A stretch of 63,090 bases of DNA, counting the filler, from Perkinsus olseni (Eukaryota), in the NCBI GenBank assembly GCA_013115125.1. It is 2 parts of 2 records of this genome, joined end to end, with 100 filler letters (N's around TTAATTAATTAA, not from the genome) between each part and the next. Parts side by side here need not be neighbours in the genome. Positions count along the whole stretch, not along the records: positions 1 to 31,546 come from JABANN010000413.1; 1 more part is not named here. One strand, written 5' to 3'. The stretch's first letter is position 1. Every line of letters starts with the position of its first letter. The notes beneath the pieces are model-generated. The model saw only the letters and a program-made list of their open reading frames with translations. It had not been told where the DNA came from and did no database searches. Below are positions 12,549-24,648 of this stretch, in pieces. A program made the position numbers and the translations under genes.

Positions 12549-13447
12549 CTAGAATCTTGGAGGCTGCCATTCGGTCATGCTAGTGACGAAGTATTGTTCA
12601 TAGAATCGGAATGTTTTCACGGCAATCAACCTTCTTGTGACGGCGATACCGACCAGCACGCTGATGCAGACGAGGGCGATCTCGAGGCAAATGAGTACGA
12701 CCTCGAAGCTCGTCAAACACGAACTGAAAGACACATCGACGATGCACAGAGGAAGCGATCGTACGGGCATGCTGCTGCTGTCAATTCTTGCACCTGATTG
12801 CGTGTGACGAGGATGGCGACGAGTATGACGAGTAGTGGGAAGATGGATAGCACCAACCAGAGAAAGAGATGCGGTACCTGCGAAGCAGCGCCTGAGCGGA
12901 CACTGGTACACAAAAGCATCGAGCGGTGGATCCGCGCTTGGCTAGCTGTGGTCTCGGGTTAGAATCGTAAAGTTCAGATCTATAGCCCTTTAAATTGTTG
13001 AAGCCTTAAGACTGAGTCTGCGGTCAGGAGAGTTGGAAAACTGCAAACCAATATCCAGGCAATAACAATGAACCACTAGCAATGATTCTCTGTAGAGCTG
13101 ATGATTCACGCGGGCTTGGCAGTGGGTTTATAGAAGCGAAGCAGAGCCCTCACCCTCTCTCCGAGATTGCCGCTGTAGCCGAGGGCAAGTCGAGGCCCCT
13201 CAAGGGCAAGGGCAACGATGACCATGGGAAGCAGGACTTGATAGGATCTCTCATGGACCTCGGAAGATGCGGCCTGTCGAGCGGAGTTTGAGATTCTTTG
13301 CTGTGCGCAGATGGGCTTCACCTTGAGAATCCATGCAATGATCGTGCCAGGCGCAAATAGCAGAGCGTCAAACACAGCGTTGAGGTGAAGAAGCCGCTGC
13401 AGGAGGACCGAACTGGTCACGGCTGCTAGCCGGACTACTGAGTCCAT
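12549..13447 (-). CDS. TMEM17: Ciliary transition-zone membrane protein, TMEM17/Transmemb_17 family (about 4 exons)
   Basis: TSSVLLQRLLHLNAVF...LALEGPRLALGYSGNLGER|VPHLFLWLVLSIFP...FEVVLICLEIAL matches the family motif E..RLYLGY.GNL.E.VP.L. Confidence 0.8.
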
Positions 13448-14493
13448 TTTGTGGCGCGTGACGATGTCTCAGCCACTGTACCATGGTCTCTTCTAATATC
13501 GCTGTTCTCATGCGCCGTCCCCGGCTGCTGCTGCACTGACTCGCGAACGCTACGAGACATGGGCAACGGGAGAAGCCTTCCCCACTCAGATCGAGACGAA
13601 GGCGGGTCAGTCTTCCCCCTATCGTTTTACTAGCACTTAGCGCAATAACCAACGGCTAGGGTGGCAAGTGAGTGACATGTTATGTAACACGAGCTCTTCT
13701 GAAGCTACTTTTCGGGGTAAACCACGCGTCGCCCGGAGAATCATCGAGCAATGGCAGAGGCGCCTGGCCGTATAACCTGCCATCACGGACCGGAAGCCCT
13801 ATCATTAAATTTGAATTTGACAAAATGAATCGTGAATCATTGTGGCGAGAGAAAGAGGTCCGTACTTCCGCTTGGACTCACCTCCGCAGTCGGATAGCCT
13901 CTCGAAACACTGCCCACGCTGACCTCAGCTGCCGTACGAGGATGCCATAGGCGATGCCCCGGAGTCGAGAGGAGCTCACGGTCTGGGGAAGGCCCGTGAC
14001 GACTGGCCGTGGTCTCGACGACCTACCTTGTCCCGCCACAAAATGAAGTGATGGCCTATGAGCTCCCGGTACGCTGATCGAGCAAATCGGATTCTTCTAG
14101 CGACATCAGACCATCCGTTGAAGCACCCTGAGGCATGGACGTGAACTTCCCTCACCTACTTACGAAATTGACTCAGTAGATTTCGCCATTGGCTGACGTA
14201 GCCGAATGCAGTATGTAACACCGAGAAAGTTCGACATGTAAAATGAGGCCACTATGCTACGCGGTGGCGAGGCGAGAACGCCGGTCGTCGAACTATCGTA
14301 TCATGATGATAAATTGAGGCCACTACGTCTTGTGGTGGTGTAACTACTGGAGCAGCACTGGGCCAACTTCTGAGTACTTTGCTGGTGCCCTTGCTGCCGC
14401 GTGGCTTAGTGGCCTCACTCATCGTATATCTCTTCTCCCGTCACGGGCTAGATTATCGAGTGGAATGGAGGATGTGCAAATACCGGGCGGAGG

Positions 14494-17119
14494 TCATTCG
14501 GACTTACTGTTCGCTAAGTTGATACGGCTATTGAGGAGGGCCCAGTGGAGGCGCTGCATGCGGGTGAAGTACTTCCGCAAGATCAATTGACGCAAAGCGG
14601 AGCGACGCGAGTGCTTCAACCGCCGGACTGCCACTGTTTTCCTGTATCTCTTGAATGCCCGTCGTAGATCAAAGTCACGCGCCACAAAATTACTCCTCAT
14701 AAAATCCCAAATCTTCCTTTGCCGCAGCGTTTTGATATCGGACGTCTTTCGGCGGTCATCCAGTCTCGAGCGTATCTTATGTCGATGATAGCATCGAAAG
14801 CTCTTCAAAGATCTTCGCATCGTGAGCAGATCGCCGCGTCGTACAGCCAGTCCAAGTCGCAGCCACGCCGCAAAGATTCTTCCGCGCTCTGTCGGACGAG
14901 TCCAAGAAATTTGCCTTATCCTGATTCGACTTTTCGAGATGCTAGCCCAACGGGTGAAGCAGAAGGCTAGCCTCCCAGCCAGGCGTAAGTACCCGCCGAC
15001 CCTGCCGGCTCGGGCCGTCCACAACACGCCGTACCACTCTATGAAGTGGTGTGCAGCAGCGCGTTGTTTCACCCTCTTCGAGACCGCACGTGCTATCTTT
15101 GTCGATTCCTTCCACGTTTCGAACACGTGCTCAAGGTACCATCTTTTCCTCTGCCGTCCGAGCGCAAGCCAGGCGAAGGTAACAACGGCAATAAGTCGGC
15201 GCTCCAGTGAGCTCCGACGGGACTGATATCGCCAAAAGACGAGCAAACGTTTCAGTCTGTTCCGCCGAGATCGTTCTTGCCAGCGCAAAAGATTTGCCCT
15301 TAGTCGCTCTGTAACGAGCTTGCTTCGAGCTAAGATTCGCCGCTCCGTTGCGGTGTGCCACGCAGATAAATGACCGAATATCTTAGCGCGCACAGCAAAG
15401 ATTGCTATCAGATCCGTCATCCCTTGCTCTTTCTTCCACAGCGCAATGCCCTTCCGATATTGGCGGAAAGCCCTAGCCGAACCCCGAAGATTGTAGCATC
15501 GATCTCGAACTTGCTTCCATCCCTCCACGACAGCCCGGAGGCTTTTCAACAACTTTGAGGAATTCAGCGCGCGTCCTGAGTTCATGAGGTTGTTGTGTGC
15601 CTTCCAAGAGGATAATACACGGCGACAAAGTGAAAGCGATTGACGGTGTGAAAGGGAGACTGCAGACTCGATACGGCCCAGAGATCTTCGCCACTGTGAT
15701 AGGATCTGCGGAAAATGTGGTATGAGACAGCCCGATCATGAGCGTCTCTCGTACTTCAGAAAGCGACTGGAGCTGTATCCACGCATGAAGGCAACGTGCT
15801 CGGTACAAGAGGTCATTGTGGACTCGGAAGGCCAGGAGGCTCCTGAAGTAGCGGGGAACCGGGAGCGACGTGAAGGGGCGTCATGATGCCAAGGGAGGTC
15901 AACCTCACCTGAACAGAGTTCGCCGTCGGTTCATCTGAATCAAGCTGGCTTGTCGGGCGCTGAGATCGCGCTTCCAAGAAACATGCCTGAAGGCACGGTG
16001 AGACCGTCAACTTCACGGCGAACCCGAGACAGAATTAGCGGCTGGGGAAGGCCGAAAGAAAACGATGTTGAGGGATTTACTTCCACCAAGACTTGAAATG
16101 AGCGTCCATCTTGTTGCGGTCCGCTCCGACCACTAGCCAAGGTTCAACAGTCTTGGCGAAGGACGCGTGAGCGCTCCAGCCCACCAATGCCTGTTGCAAT
16201 AGTCGATTGAATCTGACGTTGAGTGGGTCGGCTCTAGAGTAGCTTCTTGGGGTCACCTTGGGATGACAACCCTCTCGAGAAGACCGCGTTTAATTCGCCG
16301 TAGTCGTCGTGCGGATTTCACTGTGGCGAACCTCCATCGAGCGAAGAACTCGCCGCTCACTGATATGCCCTTGATAGCTCCTTTCCTGATCACCACAACA
16401 TGTCCTCGCATCATGCGTTAGGGACTGACTATTCCTCCCGGGCTGGGGAGTTCCGGTTGGCGTCGTCTTCGCACCCGAGTCGAAGAGTCGTGTCGCTACC
16501 GTAAGGGAAACTCACTTCGAAAGGATCTCAATTTCAACCCTTCCGGGCCTTCCACTGGCCCTCTTTGTTGCGGTGAGTGCGGACGAAGTGGCATCAAGCG
16601 TCAAAAACATCGTACAGAAGAAATCGGACTTGAAATTGAAGTTGCGCCGCTAATCGATCACTATGGCGAGCGCGAAAAGAGGTAAGATCGCGCACGCCCA
16701 ATTGCGCGGCTGGGCTCCTCCTCGTCGCCGACCCACGGGGGATGAGGAAAGGGTGAAGTGGTCGTGACCGTCCAGCGACGGTAGGATGCTTCCCATTTCT
16801 CTTCGTTGACCCTTGTCGTGCGAGGAAGACTGAGTTTTCTCTCGGGTTTCGACAACCCTTCCAAGATCGTCTTTTACACGTTGAATTCAATCTTGGGAGG
16901 GCTCGTATGGAAGATGAGGTTGAGGCTGCCGTGGGAGTGCTCGTGTCGGTTGGCACAAGAGAGGACGTCGCCTATTAGCAGAAAAAGCATCCCGTTGAAC
17001 AGATTTGGGGTAACAAACCCCAAGTGTCTGAGGCGCAGTGACGAGTTCGCGGCAGGGGAGTTTGATAAGGTGGGCTTCGAGTTGCGGGATAGACGGTGAA
17101 AATCTGTACGAGTCATCAT
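14494..17119 (-). CDS. Sfi1-like basic repeat protein (putative centrin-binding), multi-exon; boundaries approximate
   Basis: Long exon 14494-15585 with periodic F/L-x-x-W motifs (FGHLSAWH, LLRWQ, LVFWR, FETWK, FIEWY, FTRWA, FAAWL) in Arg/Lys-rich helices. Upstream exons are low complexity. Confidence 0.5.
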
Positions 17120-17399
17120 ACATTGATGAGCGTCGAAGTTTATGATAGCTGGGGATATATCGTGATTCTACTTCGAGTTCTTCGACCCCTCTAAGGGAAA
17201 TCCCACCGCTACGACCAGTGAATCTTTCCCCGTTGTCTCAGCGCTCTCAGACAACCAGTATGGGCGGAGGGACGGTGATGAGTGCGCGTGTGAAGTCAGG
17301 GATGACTCCGGAATTGAGAATGATGGTGAAGTCGATGGCAGCGACTCGATCGGTCATCAGCACCTTTGCTATCATTCTGGCATGAATGTAAATTGCAGG

Positions 17400-18079
17400 C
17401 GAGGTCCCTGCTCAAGTTGGTGCGGCTAGGTACGGTTTTGATACTACTCTCACCCAGTGGGCCAACTCTAGCAGGGAGAGACCAGGCATGGTTGTTGATG
17501 GAATTCCTGAGTTCTTTAATGAAATGTTCGGCCCTATCCCTCGCCGAGAGACTCTCGTAGTTTGCTCCCATTAATGAGGAGCTATTTGACGACTTTTCCA
17601 TCAGAATGTACCACATCCCCCAAGTGTTGGTGTTCGATGGTACATTCGCGCTCTTACGTTACGCTGGACGAGAATTTGATGTGGCTGTCCGTGAAGACAG
17701 TGGATCTTGAAAAGTTTTCAGTGAAAACAGTCCACTTGTTTTCAGACTGCACCGATCTGAGCGGTTTGATGTGCATGCGTGCATAAATATTGTGTGGCAT
17801 CTGTCCCCCGACAGTTGAGTCATCCTGCCGATGCTATTCATGATCGTGGGTCCGTTCATGAGTCTGAATATCCTCAGCGGTGTCATCTGTGAGATCGTCT
17901 CTCGTACTACTGCTGCTGCAGATAATGACAAGATTCTCACGGGAGCGAGTCTTGGAGTTGCTTTAACGCGCCGCAGCCGCCAAGCGGGGCGGTTATCCCT
18001 TGTCGCTTCCGCTCGGATTTTCGACCCAGTGGATGTGGACAAGCCCGGTAAGCTGATAGAGGATGGATTCAATCAATAG
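17400..18079 (+). pseudogene. Degenerate voltage-gated cation channel fragment with EF-hand-like tail
   Basis: LLKLVRL..WLLMEFLSSLMK (S4-S5 linker-like), VTLDE (pore-like), LFMIVGPFMSLNILSGVICEIV (S6-like) and IFDPVDVDKPGKL (EF-hand-like). Frames are broken. Confidence 0.5.
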
Positions 18080-18660
18080 GCGGGCTTGCGACCCTTGGTT
18101 GGTAGATTCCTTCCCGCAGGCGGGCAATCTTGTGCATCTCCTCGGCCGGTGATTCCCCCACACAAGCGTTCGGTTGTGGTGTGGTGGAACCGCCCAGGCG
18201 GGGTAAAAATGTTATTAGTCTGATGATCAGACTTACGCTGTGCACCGTACATGAGCGACTTAACTGAGACTTAGTCGTTCAGGACGTAAATTCACGGGCG
18301 TTCCAAATAATAGACTCCTATGGGAATGGCGGCATCGAGCAGTCCTAGTTCGTCCATATGCCGCCTGAACTGTTGCAACTACCTCAAGCTCAAGATGTTA
18401 TACTGATCTACTAGACCATTACTGAGGCAGGAGTTGAGGGGGTCAAACGAAAATTTGATGCCCTGATTAACATTATGAAGGACTCGGATCGTTGTCGGGG
18501 GTCTTCTTCGTGCAATGGATGGACGTGACGCAGGAGTTTCATTCTTTAACGATCTTGGCTTGCTGCGTTCTTGAGTCTTCTCCCCCAGAGGGTTCTGCTA
18601 GTTTTGAGTGTATGGATTCACAGTGTGCCCCTAGGTAACCGGGGCGGACAGAGCGAAATG

Positions 18661-18733
18661 TTCCGATGCGGGGACTCGAACCCCGGTCGCGTGGGTGAGA
18701 GCCACGAATCCTAACCAGCTAGACTACATCGGA
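18661..18733 (-). tRNA. tRNA-Glu(CTC)
   Basis: TCCGATGTAGTCTAGCTGGTTAGGATTCGTGGCTCTCACCCACGCGACCGGGGTTCGAGTCCCCGCATCGGAA folds as a full cloverleaf with anticodon CTC. Confidence 0.96.
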
Positions 18734-19143
18734 TGTCGATATATTGTAGTTTGTAACGGTGTGTTTAAAACCATCTCTTATCTTGGTGTTCACCAATCAG
18801 TACAAGGACTCGGTGTCTATCCATACCTTCGAAGAACAGCGGGACAGCGGAAACTAAGTCGGGCAATTGCGAAAAGTGAAAAAGAGAACTCGCGAGCACA
18901 CTCGAGGAAGGAATCTTTTGAGGGGACAGCGGCCACGCAACGACTGGGTCCTCTCGCGGCTAGCGTGCAGCTAGACGATTCTCTCTCTCCTTCGGGGGCT
19001 GCCGGTTGAGGCACGATGATACGCCGTCATTTTGGCGCAGGCAGGAGTTAGAATGGAGTTTGAAGGCTGCTCCAATGGTCAGAGTATCGGGGAGGGTCTT
19101 CGTTGGACTTCTGGTCTGTAGCTCTGTAATTGCCCATTTGTAA

Positions 19144-20884
19144 ATGCCTCTGATGAATTTCTTCAAAAAACACCGCCCAGACGACAGCGTAGTGGGTCCA
19201 AGCGGCAAGAGTTCCGGCGATGTCGAGTTGCATGCTATGGATGACTCCGCCACTGCTGCGATGTCTCCCAAGTCCCCAGCAGCCAGTTCAGGATCTGCGG
19301 ATGTTCCTAAGAAGGACAGTGGAGAGGAAGAGATGCCCCATGGCGAGTGCTCCGATATTAGATCAGTATTCAGTGTCGTGTTATCGGCCATTGGTAAGCC
19401 CTCTCATCTTGGCGCGCTGCTGAGTAGCATGGCAGCTTTTTGATCAGGTATGGGCGTTGTGATGCTTCCCACTGTGTTCGCAGCTTGTGGTTGGGTAGGC
19501 GGGTTTTTATGTCTGTTCCTTGGTGCTTTGTTTGCCGGTTTCAATGTGACCAAACTTTATGATGGCATCGCATTGTGTCCGAAATCGAAGGGGCCCGTGT
19601 ACACCTACGAGGACTTGGGAAAGGCGTGTTACGGCCGAATAGGTAAGGGCGTATGTGTACTTGTCATTTTCACCGTAGTTCTCTTCTCTTGGTCAGGCCA
19701 AATCGTCACTGCCTTTATTGTTCACATCACAATGTCGGGCATTTGCGCGTCATTGTTAGTTCTATTGGGCGAGACGTTGGAGAAGCTCGTCCCTTCTGTT
19801 GGCCAGAGAGGTTGGGTCGCCATCTGGGCTGGAATATTCATCCCCTTCACGTTCTTGAAGACGATGAATGAGGTCTCTTACGTCGCCACGTGCGGCATGG
19901 TCGCCATTCTGGTGCTCTTCGCTGTTGTTGCTGTAAATGGCGTCGTCACAGGAGTAAGAAGACGTCTCGACAATTCGCAATGTTTTCATGATTCTAATTT
20001 AGGTCACAGCTACAACTCCTCCCCATTACGATATTTTCGCTCCTGACTTTATGACAATCGCCACTAACTTCGGTGTATGTATTTTGTCATTCAATGTGAC
20101 CAATTCGGTGGCGACTCTGGTAAGAGATATGGCCAAACCTACACATTTTAAGGGCGTTGCAATAACTGGATATCTAACTATTCTAACAGTGTAAGTCCTC
20201 GCCGCACCAAATTTTCCCCGAATCATATGCTTTCTGTCTCAGTTACATCGGTATCGGTATCTGTGGTTACTACGGTTACGGTGATGAACTAAAGGCGCAT
20301 CCTATTATGGATTCCATCGTCCCTCCTGATCAGCCTGTTCACGGCGTATGGGGTTACTTAACCGAAATCGCTGTCATCTGCTCAAGTATTCCACACTATG
20401 TGGTAAGTGCGCCACAACACATGAACAACTCATCTTGTGTATTTACGATGTTCAGGTCATGTTGTTGCCTATCGCCTCTTCTGTCGAGTACTGGTTTCAC
20501 ATTCCTGTGGACGATACTTCCCGGAAGGCTGGCATCAAGAGGTTCATCGCTCGACTGTGCTGCGTTGGCTTCACGCTGTTGATTGCTGAGGTTGTCCCCA
20601 ACATTCAGAGTCTAATTAACGTCTTAGGCTCTTTCACTATGGTCATTATGGTTGCCATGATGCCATGCGTGTACTACATAAGGATGCAACAGTTCGTCCT
20701 GGGTAAGTCCGCAACGCTCGCAGTTTTCTTCGCTCCGCCGACACCCGATTTTTCAGGTTCTGTCAAGACTTACATCAAGCTGCACAAGATAGAGTTCGTA
20801 ATCATCTGTATTGTGTTGATCTGGTGTATACCTATGATAGTGATTGGCTCCATCGGTGCCATCGAGGACTTCGGAGAATCATAA
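19144..20884 (+). CDS. Amino acid transporter (Aa_trans/AAAP family), multi-exon
   Basis: VFSVVLSAIG|MGVVMLPTVFAACGW, TYEDLGKACYG, GICGYYGYG and many transmembrane segments. Confidence 0.9.
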
Positions 20885-22149
20885 GTATCGTCCCCTTCTC
20901 CTAATAAAAGTCCACTCCTAAGTGTGCTGACGTTTAACAGCATGAAGTCTACGTATGTCCAGTTACCGTTGTTGTTGTCGTTTTCTACCACCGTTATTGT
21001 TGCTGCTGCTGGCTATTGTATAGGTCCGTTGTTGAGTCACGCGTTGCCGCCGCTTTGGTTCAAACTTTTATAAGACGTCTGAGACGTCACGTCTCTATTA
21101 ACCCATTGTTGTTGTTGTTGACCGCTGATCGGCGGCCTGGCCTGCGTCGGACACACTGCTTGGCGAGTCGTGGTGATGGTTTTATTACACTGTTTATATC
21201 CTTTTTCAATCTCTTTACATTTTAGGATCAGCTTCTCATCTACATTGTGTGCTTTTCCTTAGTGAATTACAACGCCTAAAATCGATTATGATTTTTGGCG
21301 GTTGTTTTTTCGGACACTGATTCTATCTCTGCTTACCACGGGTTGAGTTTCATTCACATCATCACAACACTGTCAAAAATACACCGAAATGATAACTAGC
21401 GTTGCGTTCTCGGAGTTGGTCTCGCAACACTAAATCACTTAGCCCAGAAGAAGTGGTTGGAAGTAATGCATCAGGGCGTACTTCGGCAAGAGTCTAACTA
21501 AGCCGGAACCGGCGTTGGACTAAACGTTACCATTCGACGCTCTCGCTGTGTGGCTCGAAAGTTCGCTGGAGACACATAAACTTACCTGTTCTACATAACG
21601 CGGGTGAAGCGTAGCTGCGTGAACTCTCGGAAAGTAAATTAGATCACATTAGTTGTGGCTGGGCTTTGGCGATATATTTTAGAATCTACAGTCCGAACCA
21701 AAATCCTATCCAACTGTTGCGATGAACAGTTCGTTCCAATGAGACAACCTACAACGTTTTCGAACTTCAGTCAAAGTATGTAAATGAATCTTCCAGGCCT
21801 CTTCGCTTCTCCTGCTGGCTCTCCTATGAACTGGCTGAATAATTGACGAGGCAAATGAAGTGGCAACACTTTAACGCAACGATAAAATATCCCGCTAGAA
21901 AAAGTTCTCTGAGTAGCGAGATGATAATAATGATGGTGAATGTTACCACGTAGTATCGATTCATTCTACATAGTGGATACCAGCAACAGTACAAGCATCA
22001 GGGTCGGCGGCGACCACGACGACGACGACGACGAAGAGATAAGGGTGAAGGCAGTCTAATAAGAATTATAACAGCAGCAGCAGCAGCAGCAGCAGCCCGC
22101 TCAGTCAATTATTGCCACTCGCGGGACATCGACGACAAGTACTAGAATC

Positions 22150-24263
22150 TCACTCTGTTAAATCAGGCACTGGTAGTAGCCTCCCAATCACGCTGCTGGG
22201 AGCAGCCAAACTACGAACGATCCTTGTCGTTGTCGTTGTCGTTGGCGTGGTGTTGACTTGTTGCTATTGTTGAATTCAGTGATAGTAGCCCGGAGGAGTG
22301 AGGGGACCTGAGCGTTTCTCACGCTCGAACTGCTCCCTTTGAAATAGTAAATTCTTCATTATTTTACAATCGAGGTGCTCCTCATCGGAAGGATAATTTG
22401 ACCGTAACTGAAAGGAAACCACACTCACCCATCGTACTCAACGGAATCGTACTCGACTGGTCATGAAAAACCCAGTCATCGTCTATCGTCAACGCGGCTG
22501 GACCGCAGCGAATATTTCCGGTACGAACTCTCTCAAAAAAGTACTCGTAGAATGCACGGAAAATGCTTCACGAAAATAATAACAAAAATTCACATGCTTA
22601 TAGTCCGCGATTTTCCCATCATTATAAGGACGACTACTTACCCGAACAGAAGCCATCAATCCCCGCAATTCCTCATATTTGGGCTGCTCATCGAACTTGA
22701 GACCTCGTACTCGCTTCAAGTACTCCGCGAACTCATCGGGCAAGCCTTGACACAGACTGTCGACTCGATGGCTCAGCTTGGACTTGGTAATCTTAGAGTA
22801 CTTCTCCTGCTTAGTACGGGCTTGTAATCCCTAAAGGGAGCACACTATGAAAAAGAGGAAGCCCACTGTGCAGAAAAAGACAGCGCACTGTGAAGAAGGG
22901 AGCCCAGTGTAAATAAGGAGATGAAGGGAGCGCATATTTTATCATCATATTAGGTCTTATCTCTTCATCTTATATATAATACACTAATTTGCATAATTAA
23001 AAATATACGATTTTGTATTATTACCTGCCAGGGCAGACCACCCTTGATGAAGTAGAGTAGCACGTAGCCGAGGGCCTCAAGATCGTCTCGTCGAGATTGT
23101 TCGATGCCCAAGTGGGTGTTGATAGAAGCGTATCGGGCCGTGCCTGCAGCTAGACGTGAAGTGAAAACTCTTCCATTGCAACTTACCGGTGAGGTTTTTG
23201 TTCTCCTTGTAGCGGATATGATGACCTCCCATTCCCGAAGACGTCGCCTCCCAGAAGCGCTTGGCGAGGCCAAAATCGATGAGATACACAATGCCTGCGT
23301 TGTCGCCGCTGCCCATCATAAAGTTGTCAGGTTTGATGTCCCGATGGATGAAGGAACGACTGTGGCAGTATTCAATCCGAGCTATCATCTGCTCTCCCAA
23401 GAGACTACACGTCTTCACTGACAAACGCTTATTGCAGTACCTAGGAGAAGGCGATGAGCTGTCCGCGAACGATAAGGACGGGGCATTGTACAGATTAATA
23501 ACCTTCCGATTAGTATGTAAAACTATGATATAATAAGTAGTATGATATAAACCATAGTAATAGCGCGTGGCCTGCAATTCCGTCTATAATCATTTACGGG
23601 GTCTACTTTTGAAAATTCTACAAAAATCGATTGGCAAACTAGTCTACCCAATGCCATCACCATCTTTCTGAATGCTACATTGAGTATAGCACTCGCCAAT
23701 CCCGTTGTACTCCTACGAGATCATCGAGAAAGTTCTACACTGCGAATTAATACGGAATTACGACGAGATCAGTGAGAGGCGCAACCTTCTCTGCCAAGCT
23801 ACTACGTGAAAAGATCCTCCAAGCTTGGCCCTAGTCGTTCCATAACGAGGATGTTGTAGCCTCCTTCGACGCCGAACCAGAACCTACCAAAGACAACTGC
23901 ACCGAGGGACGTCGAGAAAGGACGCCGTACGCGCTGGGGATGCCTGGTTGATGCTCGTCGGAGAGTAACCGATAGAGCTTCGCTTCGTACAAAAGTTGGG
24001 GATGTTTACAATCAACCGGCTCAAGCTTGGCGGCAAGCTGTTGACCGGTTACTACAGGGAAGAGGAGGATAGGGCGGGAGGGCGATGGCGTTGCTCATGA
24101 TGGACTTACTAGTATCAGTGCAAGCATAGACAGTACCGAAGCTGCCCCCTCCCAGACGTGTGCCCAACCGGTACCTGAAGGGGAGTTTAGGGAGGGTTGG
24201 GCTGTGGTGATGGTAGTAGTACCTGTTTTGGCCGACGAGGAGAGGGATGTCATGAGGTGGCAT
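22150..24263 (-). CDS. CK1: Casein kinase 1, multi-exon; 3' end approximate
   Basis: [76 protein letters not shown]. Confidence 0.95.
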
Positions 24264-24648
24264 CAATCACTAGGAAGTAAATACAACTGAGAATGTGGTT
24301 CACTGCTTGAGCTCTTTTGTATCTTCCCCGGGTCGACCTAAGATACGCTATGGAATTTGTCAAGTGATGAAACGCAGCCCGTAATGGTAATTTAGTATCA
24401 TAGCGTAACATAGGAGCTTGTTGCGTCGCAAAGAAGGCAGCGATAGCGTCACAGCGTCACAGCGCACCGTCACTAACCGTTATGGTTTTTCACTTCTCAA
24501 AGTTGCGATTCTTGGCGCACTTCGCTCCGCCACAATTTTGAAAAATTATGTTGTGTTGGCATATGTTGGCATTTCTCGACGTTGACCTTGTAAGATACGT
24601 ATCAGGTCAAGTGTCTACATCTCCGGAAACAACGCGCAGCTTCTTGCC

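Noticed and set aside
22012-22096. (GAC)n and (CAG)n runs
   Set aside because: Ordinary UTR or intergenic microsatellites, common throughout the window.
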